This document shows, piece by piece, positions 25,796 through 37,560 of a DNA stretch of 64,000 bases. The stretch is from the human T2T-CHM13v2.0 reference genome, Homo sapiens. A model generated the notes under the pieces. That model was given only the letters and a program-made list of their open reading frames with translations. It did not search any database and was not told where the DNA came from. The stretch is taken from the NCBI RefSeq assembly GCF_009914755.1, contig NC_060926.1, one strand, 5' to 3'. The translations under genes were made by a program, and so were the position numbers. Numbering within the stretch: the first letter of the stretch is position 1; every line of letters starts with the position of its first letter.

Positions 25796-27119
25796 ATACA
25801 CATAACTGTTACTGAGCCTTGATTAGCTAGCTGGTGAGATGATGTCAGGGTCAAGGATGCAGTGGCCATGTCATAGCCAACTTACATTCCTTGCCTTGCA
25901 AAAGTTACAGTAAAACCAAACCGATAAGAGTATTTTAAAGAACAAATAAACTTCTTCAGACAATGACAGAGATCCTAACAACCTTATATCTTAAATACTG
26001 ATCATCTAGATGCTAAATTCTATAGGCCATTCTTGAAGGAAGTATTGAAAAAGGAAAACTGACAGTAACATTTATACAATTGTATGAGAGACATTCAATA
26101 TTCATGTATCTCCCAAAGGTAGTAGGAATGGCTCCTCTGGAAGGATTCCTTTCTCAAGCTTTCAAGCACAGAGACTTGATTTGAAGATCAGACCCACCAT
26201 TCACTGCCTGAAGAAGCAGGAGCAAGACCATTGACCTCAAACCCTCCAATCCATCAGCTGTCAAGTGGAGATAAATGAATCTCCTTACAGAAGGTGGTGA
26301 AGGTTAAAGGAGGCAATATAGATGAAAGCCCAAGAGTGTTAGCAAATGTTGGTTATCACCATTACCACCTCCTGTTAGGCAGTAACAGGAGACCTTAAAC
26401 AATGCTTTCCTAACCTAGATTCGACAGAACTGACAGCAGAACACTGCTGGTCTTTGGTCCTGATCTAATAATGCTTGATCTTAGCTTATATTCAAGCAAA
26501 GGTGAATCTCATGTTATTTACATGTTGCTTACTTTGGTGGGGATAATGAAGTGCACTGAGTCCCCATACTACACAGTGGGCTGAATCCTGCCCTGGGTAT
26601 CACAGACATGATATAGCCATGGTTCCCCCTCTCCAGGAGCCCACAATATAGCAGAGCAGATCACGGGTTCATAAGTGGCTGATACAAGCAGACCTTGGTC
26701 CACAGCCCAAATCACACTTTACTAGAGTAAGGGGAGGTAATTTTTGGTGCTGGTACTTTATTTTGTAGAATAATTGTGTCATTCTGGTAGTTGGAAGACT
26801 TCTTTAAATGGATAAAATATTTCAAAAATCAATAAAAAAAATCCAAGCCCTCATTCAGAAAACAATTCATTAAATGTGCATTCATGAGAATATTTTCCTT
26901 GAGTGATTACAATAAGGATTTAAAGGATCATATTTACAAATTTATTTTCAAGTTTATCTCCTACATAGTAGGAATGCAAAATCAATTTAATGCCATTATC
27001 CAAATGCTTAAATTTAAGACATGTAAATTATTCAAATAATATACCGCTGAGGTGGGATCCACAGCAGGGAGCTGAAATTAATATGTGCTTACTTTAGAAT
27101 GTTCTCCCTCTTTCTCTCC

Positions 27120-27127
27120 ATACATAC

Positions 27128-27162
<35 letters not shown>

Positions 27163-27262
27163 TATGTGTATGTATGTGTGTATATATATATATACACTTA
27201 TGTATGTGTGTCTGTGTGTGTGTATATATATGCATATATATATAAAATATATATGTATATAA
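27120..27262. repeat. Compound (TA)n/(CA)n/(TG)n microsatellite
   Basis: Read directly. Confidence 0.9.
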
Positions 27263-27793
27263 TAAATGTCTCTGTGACAGTCAAAATGGCATCAAATAGA
27301 GAACAAAGGTCAAAAAGGAGGTGCCTGAGTTTTGACCATACTTCGCAGAGAAAGAATATTGTGATTATGCAATCTCGTTACAATGATGTCAAAAAGCATG
27401 TAAAATTCAAAGTGGTTGGTTATCTGCTGAGAAGAGTGCTAAAGTTTACTATTACTTTACCAACTGGCCTAGTTCAGACAGATAATGCCTGAGCTACCAT
27501 GGCCACTTGGAACATAAACTTGAGTTTGACAAAAAAGGGCATCCAGAAGAAACTGAAAACTGGGTTATATTCTGGAACTTGTACAGGAAACGCTGGCCCC
27601 CACAAAAAGAAAGCAGCCTCAAAGCATCCTTTCAGCACTGCTTTTCTTCATCTGATCCATCAGAAATTATGGCCTTTACCAGTAATTACTTAAGCTAAAT
27701 GTTCCTCAAATCCAGTCTCTGGGATTGCTTACAATAAAGAGTTCTGATAAGCAAAGGCCACTCCTTAGGAAAGCACTCAAAATATCCACTCAC

Positions 27794-27932
27794 CTCTGCA
27801 GGCAGCATCTGCTTGGTGTTATACAAAGAGCGACACATTTTCAAAACTTCATTCCCCAATCCTTCCTTGTTCTCCATCGTACATCTGGTTAGCATCACTG
27901 TAGCTAGTCTCACCCATGGATTATTGGTTATG
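27794..27932 (-). CDS. NBAS: NBAS coding exon (inferred exon 50): (V)ITNNPWVRLATVMLTRCTMENKEGLGNEVLKMCRSLYNTKQMLPAE
   Basis: Acceptor ataaacaccAG|CATAACC, donor GAG|GTGAGT; 139 nt; the first base completes the GT+C Val codon from the upstream exon. Confidence 0.93.
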
Positions 27933-30759
27933 CTGGTGTTTATGGAGAAAAATACAAGGCACTGGAAATGACTAAAGTTATCATAATTGTGATAAATTTT
28001 AAAACAAGTGAAATGCTTACGGTAAATTACAATCAGAATCTAGGTGACGTGCTGCTTCAAGTCAACCTTGTAGAAAAGATAACACCTTAAGGAGAAAAAG
28101 CAGCTTCCTGTGGTATCAGCAAGCAGCCCAGCAGCACGGAGGTAGTAAGTGCATTGAAACAGCACAGGCTTTGTGAAGCCAGACAGACTCGGGCCCAAAT
28201 TCTGACTATTTGGGTCCTCAGAGAAGTTATTTAATACTTTTGCCTAGTTGTATGGTTCTGGGGAAGTCACACCCTTCTGGGCCTCAGTTTTTTTCACTGT
28301 GAAAAGGTATTTAATGACTTTTTTTTCCTTGAAGAGTTGCCTTAATGAATGATGTATGTAATTGTGAAGAATCAGTGTTAATAGCAATCACACATTACTA
28401 TTTACTACATAAATACTGCCTCTTGTTGATATTATTACTATTATTATCATTGTTATTGTTATTGTAATGGGGTCAGGGCAGGACTAAGTTACAATCAGGG
28501 TATTGCATAGCAGAGGTCAGCTGGGGAGCATAGGTTGAGGAAGCCACAGACAAGCAGTATGAAGATCATACTTTGGGCTTCACGTTGTTTCCTTGTATTG
28601 GAAACATAAAAGCATAAAAAAGTTTGCCGTTTCTTTCCCTTGTCTTGACTGACACTACCCTGTGTTTCATAGAAACATCAAAATTTCCATTTCTATTGAC
28701 AAGTTAATGGTAAATTCATTTCATGGCCCAGGAGCAGGGTACTGATTTTACTTACATTAAGAAAAAATTACTATTTATGAAGAGTCTGTTGGTTCATTAG
28801 CACAGCACTACATTCTAGACATTGAACAACCAGGGATGGTCTTGCCCTTGAAAGAATTTTATTCCTTGGGCCCTGAAAAGAATTTCAAGTGCAACAGTAA
28901 CAAGGGGACGAGCCCTTGGCAAAGCCTTTGTGTCTCAGCTCAAACTGACAATCTGTGCGAACAAAGAACACTGCTTACTTCAAGGTACACACAGTTCTGT
29001 GAGAGTGTCTGGTGTGCTGAGGAGTCTTCCTACACTCAAGGACTTCCCCTCTTTTCTCCTCTTGCAAAGTCTGAACTCAGCTCTCCTGGGTTTTTCTCTA
29101 CAGTTTTTCTCATTGTAGGAGAAATGCTGCTTGGCCAGCATGGTGAACCAATGGGCAACGAGGCTTTGGTAACAAATTATCAAGATATGTTTTTCACCAG
29201 CCAGCAGTGATACACTGGATGAAAACAATGAATCTTCCTTAAGTACAAACTCAGTATTTTTCCATGCATTTTCCTACAAGGAACTAAAGCTAAAAAACCA
29301 AAGTTGGTACTAGTAAATTATAGTCATGTGGATCAAACAAATGTCTTAAGTTGTAACCTTTTTGTGTTGATGGGCAACATACCATCATTGTCACACTATC
29401 CTCCCTCTCTTCCACCCCCACTCCTTTTTTGGTGATTTATTTATTCAATTGGATTGTCTAAAAGGAAAAAATATTCAAAAGTACTTCTGAGCACCTGTTT
29501 GTAAAGTATCCCATCACACATTCTCCAGAATATTTGATTTATGCCCTGGTTATCTCTTAGGCAGAGGAGACATGAATGATAGGAGGGGAGGGGGTGAGCA
29601 GACTGGGAAATGCTTTGTTCTGATTCTAATGATTTAATAAAGCAGTTTTATAAGACTCAGGTTAGTAATTTACAAATTCCATTTCATATGTGGCTACAAA
29701 AGAATACAACTTTAAAAATTAAGATTTTTGGGTTTACAAATGCACTAAATGTTTTAAATGCAATAAATGTTTTAAGTAAAGCTGATTTTGGTTCTTGAGA
29801 ATAAGTGAATGATTTTAAATGGTCAGTGTTCTAAAAGTAAAAGAAACTGTAAACTAAAGTTAATCTCTTAGAGGTGTCATATTTTGAATTGGGAAATGAG
29901 GGTTAAGAAGAAATCTACAATTCAACTCTAATAATTAATTTCCTTACAAAAGTATGGCATTAGTGGCAATCTGATCAGTGGGCTCCACACCTGTCTCACA
30001 TAGTCTCACCCAGGAGTGTGTTCAGAACAGATTCCCAGGTCCCAGTATGGAGAGATGGACTCCACAAGTTGAGCACAGGACCCAGGACCCTGCTTTGAAC
30101 AAGCACCCCAGGCTCCGAAGGCACCCACACCAAGATCACTGGTGGCAAACACAAGTGCACTGTGAACTAAAGGTGTTATGATGTGAGAGCCTGCACTGTG
30201 GATTTCAAATAGTGAAGGTAAAAACCTGTTCTTAAAAACAAGTCAGCATGCCATCGCTGCCACAAAGGTAGAGATCTAAGAAACATTTCTTTTCTTTCTG
30301 AAAACACTTGGTTAAAAAAATACCACAAAGTGAAAGCACCATTCTCCTTGGTTTGCTTTGGAAATTACTAACAGTCTCATGGAATCTTTTCCAGATATTT
30401 GTTGGCAGTCCTAACTGCTCACAGGATATAGGACTTTATTTTCAGAAAAGCATCCTTCTTTAACCTCAGACACGTGGAGATGTTCACTGGCCTGTGGGGG
30501 CAGTATGTCAGCTGAGCATGGGGAGAGCAAGATCAGTCCTGAGCCAAACAGGCACTTGCGACAAGGGCATTGGTGCTCATATCATTTGCCAATGAGAAGC
30601 CACAGCTCATGAGACCCAGTCCATGAGCTCAGAGGAAATCTGACCACTTCTTCCAAAGGAAAGGGGTATGTTCCATGGCTGATACCACCAGGACTGGATA
30701 AGTACCCCACGCAGCTACGGGTGGCAGCTGCAACTCAGTGTGACAGAGGAAACAACAGG

Positions 30760-30960
30760 GGCTGTGAAGGTAGCCAGCAGTTGGTTAGAATTCTGTCTCC
30801 TCCACTTATTAGCCGTGTGAAGCCTGAAGTTGTTTAACTCCTGAGCCTCAATTCCTTCATGTATAAAATCAGATAACATCACCTTCCCTTGTAGGTGTGT
30901 TGTGTGAGTGACTGATAATATATGTAAATTGCACATAACATTGTGTTCTCAATAAGTAGA
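30760..30960 (+). mobile_element. MIR (representative; similar MIR remnants near 905, 2150, 5400, 13870, 15780, 23330, 26160, 28150, 32600, 38340, 44000, 54100, 61350, 62960, 63600)
   Basis: ccacttattagccgtgtga...tttaactcctgagcctcaattccttcatgtataaaat core. Confidence 0.7.
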
Positions 30961-31315
30961 AATTATTCATTTATTCCATTTGGATTCTCAAGTTGGCACT
31001 GTAAGCCGTGTCAAGACAGTCAAGAAATTTCCTGGTGAAAATACTGAAACTACATTGTTTTTGTTGACATCATAAATCAGATATTATCAAGCATTGTCTG
31101 ATACTTTTGAATAAAATATTAGAGTTTAGGGGCAAGGAGAAACGGAAAGACATTGCAATATTTCAAAAACAATTTTAAATTCCTCTAAAGGCAAATACTG
31201 ACTACGCACACACATATAATTATTCTTTCATTGGCTCTTTGGAAGGTGCTACATTTTTAGGGCTAAAGTCCAAACAAAAGAACTCTAATTACGCTAATTT
31301 TATGTTAATACTTAC

Positions 31316-31455
31316 ACATATTCACTTTTCATAGGTGGCCAAGCTTGCAAAAGTAAAACCAAGTGCTGAAATTCAGCCTCGTGGTGACTAGATTCCAGGA
31401 GTTCCATGAATAGACAGTAGCGGTTCTCTTCATTCTCAATGTCAGCTATGTCTAC
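31316..31455 (-). CDS. NBAS: NBAS coding exon (inferred exon 49): VDIADIENEENRYCLFMELLESSHHEAEFQHLVLLLQAWPPMKSEY(V)
   Basis: Not in the ORF track; read by hand. Acceptor tatttcttcttccAG|GTAGAC, donor TATGT|GTAAGT; 140 nt; phase 0 in, phase 2 out. Confidence 0.93.
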
Positions 31456-32899
31456 CTGGAAGAAGAAATACACACTTAAAGCTGGTGGCAAAGGCTACTG
31501 AATTGGTTTATAGAATAATTCTACTTTATTTTAATTAAACTTTTTTTTAAAATGTTTTACAATGTGTTAAGATTCAACATCAGAAAAACAACCACCTCAA
31601 AAGCTCTAAGCCTTACTCAATGTCAGATTATGTTAAAATTGTTTAGAACTACAATCAGAGGAAGGTTCTAATTAACTTTAACAAAGTAAATTCAAACAAG
31701 CAGACTTCCACAGAACTGGCTTGTTGGCATTTAATACACGTTAAGAGACTGAATTGCTTTATTTGAAATTGTAATATTTCACCATCCTCAACATTAGGTG
31801 AATTTTTTAAAGTTTAAGTTATCCCAACATGAAATCCTAATTTTCATTAGAAATGAAATCCTAATCTTCATGTTGTCTAGAAAATGTCTCTAATGTGAAA
31901 TGATTTTACTAAAGTGTATCTGTCATAGAACTTTTTTGCTATAAATCAAAATAGAATAAAATATCCTTTATTTATACCTCCATTTCGAATGAAAAAGTAG
32001 TCTCTGCCAAATACAAAACACCCATTTTTCCTTTCATTGAATAACTAAACGATTTTTCTTTTACATTGAGGCAGTCCTAAAACAAATCACATCTCCAATG
32101 TCTCTGTGGATGAAAATGTATGCTATTTTAGGTTAAAAAACAGTTTTAAGCATAAAAATAAGCCAAAGTCTGGTTCTCTCATTTTCTAGCCTCAGCATAG
32201 ATTGTTTATATTTAGGTACACAGACATTCATGATGATGAGTTCATAATGATTTGGGTACAGACATTCAGATGATGATACCTTGAAAGGATAATGAGAATG
32301 AATGGTTACCTGTATACATGCTACATTGTCTGCACTAATGCATATTTCCAAAACATTTACTTTAATGGTCATTCTGGCTCTGATCCCAAGAAGCCATCCG
32401 AAAAAGTCACACCATGAATTCTGCATTTTACAAAAGTTGCTATGTACTATGAAATTATCACTAATTGCTATGGGAAGCCTTGTTCACACAGTGACCCACC
32501 AGATCCTTCAAAACCTGCCTTAAAAGCCCATGTCGTTCTTCTATGGAATAATAGCCCACAGCCATTTTGTAGCTTTTTTGAAATAATTTCACAATACAGT
32601 CAGTCAGTTTACCCTTACAGCAGTTTTGTGTGGAGGACAGCACAGGTATTAGTAATCTCACTTTACAGATGAGGAAACAGGCCAACCATCCCGGTGGCAC
32701 GACTAGCAAGTGACAGAGCCAAAATATCACTATAATCAGATCAGGATGTTCTGAAACTAGAAGATTCAATAAGCTACATAAGCTTTTGATAATAGAGTTG
32801 GACCTTGAGTTGGGAGTTTGGCAATGTTGCCTTGCCTATTTATAAAGAAACTTAAAAAACCAAAAACAAAAACTCAAGACATCCATCCATCCGTAATTC

Positions 32900-33426
32900 T
32901 CCGACCTCACCACCTTCAACCTGTCTCCAGCCTCAGGGTCCCTTTGAGGTCCCTTGCATACGTAAAATCATGCACACTCCCATCTCAGGCATTCTGATCT
33001 GTTTCCTCTGCCAGATACCCTCTCCACCAGATATCTGAGTGACTCACTCCCTCCTTTCAAGTTTCTCAAATGTCACCTATCAGTCAAGGCCTTGTTCAAC
33101 TGCCTTACTTACAGGAGCACTGCTCCATACCTGTCCATCTCCTTCACCCTGTTTCATTTTCCTTCTTAGCACTTACAACTATGTGACATGCTATATATTT
33201 ACTTGTTGCCTTTCTTCTTCCGTAAGAAATGTAAGATTGCCTTTCTTGTTCCATAAGAAATGTTAGCTCCTTGAAAGAAGAGGCTATTTTTTTTTTTTTT
33301 TTGTCCACTGGTCTATCTCAACTCCTTAAAATAATACCTGCTATAGAGTATATGCACAGTAAGTACTTATTGAGTGAATTAACTAGTGAATGGACATACA
33401 TATGAATGAATGAGTGAATGAATGAA
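32900..33426 (+). mobile_element. L2 3' end
   Basis: ctcactccctcctttcaagtttctcaaatgtcacct...gtaagattg...ending in (gaat)n. Confidence 0.7.
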
Positions 33427-34454
33427 TTTGTCACTTATAAAATAATTTAGTATAAATTATATTAAATACAAATGGAGTTGCCATAAATTTGTGGCTGGTT
33501 TCATTATTAGAGATTAATGTAAGATTTAAAAAGAAAATGATATTGCCAAAAGAAAAATTACTATTAAATTAAAAATCAGGACAAAAGACGGCAGGTTTGC
33601 TAACATTACAACTACACAAATGATACTTTGTGACTGTTAAGTGATTTCACTAAGGTCACTCTGGGCATCATATCTGAAAAATGGGTTCCAAAAATGTTGA
33701 AATCTCAGAAGTTTTGCTAGCCTTTTCTTCCTGCAGGATAATCTCTGTCTACATGAGAGTTTATATGCAGGAAAGGTTTGTGCTTAAGAAGTATCTAAAA
33801 TCCATTGTAAGAAGTGTTTCCAATGTTCCTAGCAGTGTCAATATTCCAACTACTATAATTAAATGCAGCATAGTTAGTAACAAGTAGTTTCTCCTTTTTA
33901 TCAAATGTACACTTTATATGGGTTATTTTCTGTATGTGATGCACTGTATGAATAGGAAGAGATTAACAATAAAAGAATCATGTTTTCAATACCATCTAAA
34001 TTTATTCCTGAACTTTTCAGAAACTGTAATATACATTTTGAGGAAATAAACTATATCATAAGGGAAGAAAAGAGAACAGAAACTATAAGTTAAACCTTTA
34101 TATTTGTTTTTATAATAGTGTGCAAATAATAGTTCCCATGTTTAAAATGTATTTGATAAATTATTTTTGTATAGCACCTTTCTCACATGTAGTCTTTTTA
34201 AGAGTATGTCTTTGTCAGAAAATGTTTTCTTCTAATGTCCACTAATCATTCCAATTTTTAGTAACTTACTTTTCAGAGCCTTGACCCCCATATTTTAACT
34301 AAAAATGTGAAAAATACAGTAACTTACATACTTATCCATTTGTGCATGCTTGCATACTCCATCATATCAAAGCGTTTCAAGTCAAGTTACTCAGCTCTTA
34401 AGAATGCAATTTTAAATTTGCTACCACTGTAGCTGCAAGCTTTACCTTCTATGA

Positions 34455-34820
34455 GAGAAGAAAATTGGCCTAAAAATGGACTTCAGCACATATTTTTAAA
34501 ACATGATAAAGAAATACTTGGTTTGATAATTGTTATATACCTTCAAATACAACAAGTGCTCATCTAAGATTGTGCCCAAATATTAAAATATCTAAAAAAC
34601 GAATGTTAATATTATCTTCTTTATTACATCCTTTAAGATTTTTTGCAATAAATTCTGGTGAATTTTGAATTTTTGAGAAGAAAATGGGCCTAAAATTAGA
34701 CTTGAGCATATACTTTTAAAACATAATAAAGAATATACTTGGTTGGATAATCATGATATACTTTGATATATAACAAGTGCGAATCCAAGATTTGTGTCCA
34801 CAAATTCAAAAATTCAAAAT
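34455..34820 (+). repeat. Diverged local duplication (about 135 bp unit, 220 bp period)
   Basis: gagaagaaaat(t/g)ggcctaaaa...aacaagtgc...aagatt at 34455 and at 34675. Confidence 0.85.
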
Positions 34821-34859
34821 GAATTTTTGTGTAAAGAAAAATAAAAGGTAAACTTATGT

Positions 34860-37560
34860 AAAGGGCTCCCAGTCTGAACAACATGGCTTATCCACTTCTC
34901 TCTGCTCCTCTGCAAAGCACAACTATAAACTATAGGAGTCATAAAAGAGACAGTGAAGGGAAAATTCTGAAGAGTGGTAAAAAGAAAGTACACTAGCCTG
35001 GAGTTGCAAGCCTAAAGAACATGGTATTCAGATATCTTCTGTCTCTCCAGCCAAAAAAAAAATCAAAATAAAAGAAGCCCACCCAGACCTAGTATTTCCC
35101 AATTCTGGACCTAGAAACAGACCAGAGCTCAAGCAGACCCATTTGCAGTCAGAATCCCACAAGAAAAGGAGAAAGAGCGTGAAGCTAAAAGATATTATAA
35201 GACATATCTAAAAACTTCCAAAATTTGGTAGAAGACACAAACCCACACATTCAAGAAGCTAAATTATTCCCAAACAGGACAAACACAAAGAAATTCATGC
35301 CAAGTTACACCATAATTTGAAACTTGAAAAGTAGGTAGAAAAAGAAAAATTTTGAAAGCAGACAGAACAACGTTACCTATAGGAGAACATTAATGTGAAT
35401 AATAATGGATTTATTATCCAAAATCATGGAGGCCAGAAGGAAGTGTCGCATTTTTTCAAATGCTGAAAGAAAAGAACGGTTAACTACAAATTCTTTATCT
35501 GGCAAAGCTATTCTTCAGGAAAAAAAGAAAATGAAAACATTCTCAGACAAAGACAAATTAAAAGAACCTGCCACTAATAGCCCTCATCTTAAATACTGGC
35601 TAAACAAAGTTCTTCTTTCTTAAAGAAAATGATAAAAGAAGGAACTATGAAGTATCAGAAGGAAGAACAAAAAGAGCAAAAATATGGGTAAATACAATAG
35701 ACTGTTCTTTTCCACATACATGTTCTAAATCATATTTGATGATCAGAACAAAAGTTGTAAACCATATGACATTCAAGACAATAATATTTAAAAGTGGGGA
35801 AGGTAAAGGGACTGACCCAAATATGGAGGTGAGATTTCCATATTACATGCCAAGGCTAAGATATCCACTCCTACCACTCTTGTTCAGCACCATACTGAAC
35901 GATCTAGCCACTACAATAATGCAAGAAAAAGAAATAACAGAGACATAAATTGGAAAGAAAAAATAAAATTCTATCTACAGATAAATTGTCTATATAGAAA
36001 ATTCAAAGAAATCACACACAATAAAACAAACCCTAAAACTAAGAAACGAGTCAGGAATGTCATAGGATACAAGATCAACATATAAAAATCAATCACATTG
36101 TTATATAACAATAAATATGTGAAAACCAAAAATAAACATGTATTATTTATAATAGCTCCAAAGAAAATAAATTATTTACATGTATAGAATCTGCTATGGT
36201 TTGAATGTCCCTTCCAAAATTCATGTTGAAATTTAATTGCCACTGTGATAGGATTAAGAGATGAGATATTTAAGAGGTGATTGGGTCACGAGAGTGATGC
36301 TCTGAATGGATTAAGGCTCAGCTAGGGCCTGCGTTAGTTTTACTGGGAATGGGTTCCTGATAAAAAGGAAGAGTTCCACCTTGCCCTCTCTTGCTGGGTA
36401 AACAAAGTCACTCACAAAGGGTTATATACATACTGTCTGATTCCATTTATGTAATATTTTTGATATGACACTCTGAAATGGGGGAAAGATTAATGGTTGT
36501 CAGGGGTTAGGGATGGGGTGGATGTGATTATAAAAGGGATCCTTGTGTTGTTGGAACTATTCAGTATCTTTGTTAGAGTGGGTAGCTAGGCAGACATGAG
36601 CAGGGTAGGAGAGGAAACAGACTCCACTCCCTTGACACCAGGAATGTTAGGTGACCATCAGGTGATGGTCAAGTGGTTGTTAAAATGTCTCTCTAAAATA
36701 ATTGGTTGCAGCAGATATCAGGGAAAGGCAGTCTCCCAATAGACAGAAAACTCCTGAAGCTGGTGATCAGCAGCTTCCTGATTGGATCTCAGGAGTTGGG
36801 TGAGTGGGCTCAAGCATGTACACTAAGAGGCAAAATGGTGGAGTTTAACTGGTATATGAACATCCTGTAGGAACACTACACTGGTAAGAAAAGAATGGCT
36901 CAAGTGAGCATGCGTACAACTCTAGTAAACACACTGCGCACACAGCCCCTTCCAAGGGCTGGCATGCCATGGAGCATGTGGACAGCTCATGCCAAAGAAA
37001 ACTCAAAGGAGAGGAGACACAAAACCCCAGAAGCATGCCAATGTGTAAATCCCCAAGTCAAAGGTCAGACAGGGCACTTGAATCTCTCAAGTTGCCTGCT
37101 TGGCCTTCTTCCAAATGTACTTTTGTTCCTTTCATTCTTGCTCTAAAACCTGTTAATATACTCTCACTCACACTCAAAAATTTGCCTCGGGCTCTCTCTG
37201 CCTTACATCCTTTGGATGAGTTCTTTACTTCAAGAAGGCAAGAACTGAGTTGCTACAAAGCCATATGGATTTGCCATTGCTAACATCTTGACTATGGTGC
37301 TGGTTATATGAACCTATACAGGTATAAAACTGCATAGCACTAAATACACACAAAGACACACAAATGAGTACAAGTAAAACTTGAAAATTCTGAATAAAAC
37401 CAGCAAATTGTATCCATGTCAATATCCCGGTTGGATATTATACTGTAGTTTTGCAAAATGTTACCATTAGGGGAAACTAGGCAAAGTGCACCAGAAATTG
37501 CTCTGTATTATTTCTTACAACTGGATATGAATCTATAATTATCTCAATAAAAATCTAAAT
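34860..37560 (+). mobile_element. Fragmented old L1 (L1MC-type), interrupted by an MST-like fragment (about 36192-36390) and MER50
   Basis: ORF1/ORF2-like A-rich remnants and an L1MC 3' end (gttaccattaggggaaact...ttcttacaactggatatgaatctataattatctcaataaa). Confidence 0.7.
36571..37285 (+). mobile_element. ERV1 solo LTR (MER50-like)
   Basis: TG...CA ends (tgttagagtgggtagctaggcagacatgagc...ttgctaaca) and a 4-bp TSD tctt. Confidence 0.85.

Noticed and set aside
27085-27492. 135-aa ORF
   Set aside because: The frame is held open by a TA/CA/TG microsatellite.
27933-31315. Possible U12-type intron suggested by the odd acceptor
   Set aside because: The donor is GTAAGT (U2), not GTATCCTT, and there is no TTCCTTAAC branch site.
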